This document shows, in pieces, positions 61,851-64,000 of a stretch of DNA of 64,000 nt; position 1 is the first letter of the stretch; every line of letters begins with the position of its first letter. Source of the DNA: Chiloscyllium plagiosum (lineage: Eukaryota); NCBI RefSeq assembly GCF_004010195.1, contig NC_057718.1, positions 78,846,016 to 78,910,015 on the forward strand, read 5' to 3'. The notes under the pieces were generated by a model. The model was not told the DNA's origin. It did not search any database and saw nothing but the letters and a program-made list of their open reading frames with translations. Position numbers and translations under genes: made by a program.

Positions 61851-63079
61851 TAAAGCAATAACAGGTCATACAATCAGAATTTGCTTACAAATTAGTCACA
61901 TGCTGTATAACATTATTCATGCCAAGATTAGGTGGCAATTTCAACACGAATCACTGTAAGCAACAGCTGATATCCTTATATAGATCTTTATTATAGTTTA
62001 AAATCTCTCCCAATTCCTCACTCACTCCCTGCTCAAAACAGTCCTCTCCCAACCTATTCAGTCTTTTCCATTAATTGTTGACCTGTTTTCTGATTCTTTC
62101 AATGTATCCCACATCATGCCCTTTTTGCCATTTATCTCTTTGACCCTCCTCATTTCTCTCTTCTCAGCACATCTCTCTCCCAGCCTTCCTCACTATTTCT
62201 CTCACATTGTCTCCTGTTTGCTACTTCCATTTCCCTCTTGCTCCCCTCTACCTAGACCTCAACATTCCTTCCCAATTGCCACTTTCATTCCCAGCCCCCT
62301 CATTCCATCCCACTCCTACATCCCTGCTCACTGCCTTGCTCATCACAAGGACTCAGGAAAGAGACAACAAGATGGGTGTGCTAAGGGTTGTGGGAAAGAG
62401 GGCCTGAATGGGAAGAAGTGAGGATGGTGAATGATAAGGAGTGAGGGATAATGATTGAAATGATGAGAGTAACTTGGAAGGGATCAAAAGAGTTAAGATT
62501 GTGAGGGGTCTGGGGAGAGAAGGGGAAAATGAGAGGAAGTGAGAAATGCAATGAGTGCATGGTGGAAAGTAGCAAGGGAGAAAGAATTGTACGTTTATAA
62601 GAGCAGTGAAGTTAAAGAGAATTTTTGGACCAATTAGATTCACGATAATCAGATAGGTTTTTAGTACAAAAATTAGAAGGTCAGGAACATATTATATGGC
62701 TTCTTCCTGGAAACTGATTTGTGTTAAGTGTGGTGTTTCTAGGAACACATTAGAAGTATCAGACAATAGTTGCTGCATTTGTTTGGATGACAACTGAGTC
62801 AAAAATGTTCTGCTTCACTACCGATTCACAAATCTTGATTATTGCATACTTAATCACTAAAGAGTACAAATGTTATCCATCCATGTTTATGTTTTTCATC
62901 CATTTTAATTTAGTTCAACATTTTTTAACTCATACTGTAATATTCATATACTCCATCAGTCCTTTCATATTCTAATTCAGCTTCCATGATTAATACAGGC
63001 AGCAGTTGATGGTAGGCCATGCAACTTTGAAATTCATCACTAGTAAGCTCAACCATTTACTTACTACATACACACCCAG

Positions 63080-63545
63080 ATAATTGTAAACCTTGAAAGT
63101 GCTCAGAAAAGATTTGCAAGAATGTTGCCAGGGTTGGAGGGTTTGAGCCATAGGGAGTGGCTGAGTAGGCTGTGGCTGTTTTCCCTGGAGCATTGGAGGC
63201 TGAGGGGTGACCTTATAGAGGTTTATAAAATCATAAGGGACAGGGTAAATAGACAAGATCTTTTCTGTCGGGTGGAGGAGTCTAGAACTAGAGGAATAGG
63301 TTTAGGGTGAGAGAATAAACGTTTAAAAGGGAACTAAGGGATAACTTTTTCACGCAGAGGGTGGTGCATCTATGGAATGAGCTGCCAGAGGAAGTGATGG
63401 AAGCTGGTAAAATTACATTTAAAACATATGAATAGGAAGGATTTAGAGGGATATGGGTCTAGAATAGTTTAGTATATCTGGTCGGCATGGACGAGTAGGA
63501 CTGAAGGATCTATATCCGTGCTGTACGTTTCAATGACTCTATAGA
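63080..63545 (+). mobile_element. CR1 (HER1-like) 3' fragment
   Basis: MLPGLEGLS..LFSLEHWRLRGDLIEVYKI, with tail atgactctata. Confidence 0.9.
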
Positions 63546-64000
63546 TTGTTGACGAGTGATCTGAATCCTGGCTAATTCCTTTCCCTTTATGATTGTCCCC
63601 ATTTAGTCCTCCCACCCACACAATCCCATCATTTATCCATTCTCCAGGTGCATAAACATCCCATCCTGATTGGAAGATGACCACATTCTATTGCTTTGGT
63701 CCTCAGTTCCAGTCTCTTTATCACTAATAATGTTATGCTACTTCATTTAATTCCCCAAAATTTTTCACCAGCATTACTTATAAAATATTGATAAAGGTTT
63801 TGGAAATTAACAGAATGAAGGGTTTGGAAATTGTGCAAGAAGGCAGAAATGAGATAGAAGGTCACACATAATCTTACTGAATGGCAAAACAAGCTCAAAA
63901 GGGCTGATTTGCCTCTTCTTAGTCCTGTTTCTAATGTTCCTATCTTATGTTCCCTCCATCAAGAACATCAAGGATAATTGTAATACTCTATGTTCTCGGT

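Overview
Eukaryotic, repeat-dominated genomic DNA, almost certainly from an elasmobranch. It carries HE1-type V-SINEs, CR1/HER1 LINEs and DeuSINE remnants; bamboo/carpet shark is a guess. Most ORF-track entries are decayed retroelement fragments. The only host gene I can support is a minus-strand plasminogen-family gene that the ORF track misses. It has a 115-nt exon for the first half of kringle 1 (4617-4731) and a candidate signal-peptide first exon (29135-29201) with a liver-type promoter. I found no PAN/activation-peptide exons in the 24 kb between them, and the two exons splice together in frame. This suggests a PAN-less, Lys-plasminogen-like/apo(a)-like architecture, although two N-gaps could hide exons. 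The repeats include many CR1 copies, three decayed Gypsy (Mag-like) LTR elements, solo LTRs, and RTE and Rex1 fragments. At least four Penelope-like families each carry their own minimal hammerhead ribozyme motif, often as very short or fold-back insertions with 12-15-bp TSDs. Three short local templated duplications are also visible. All calls were made by eye, without alignment tools, and repeat boundaries are approximate.
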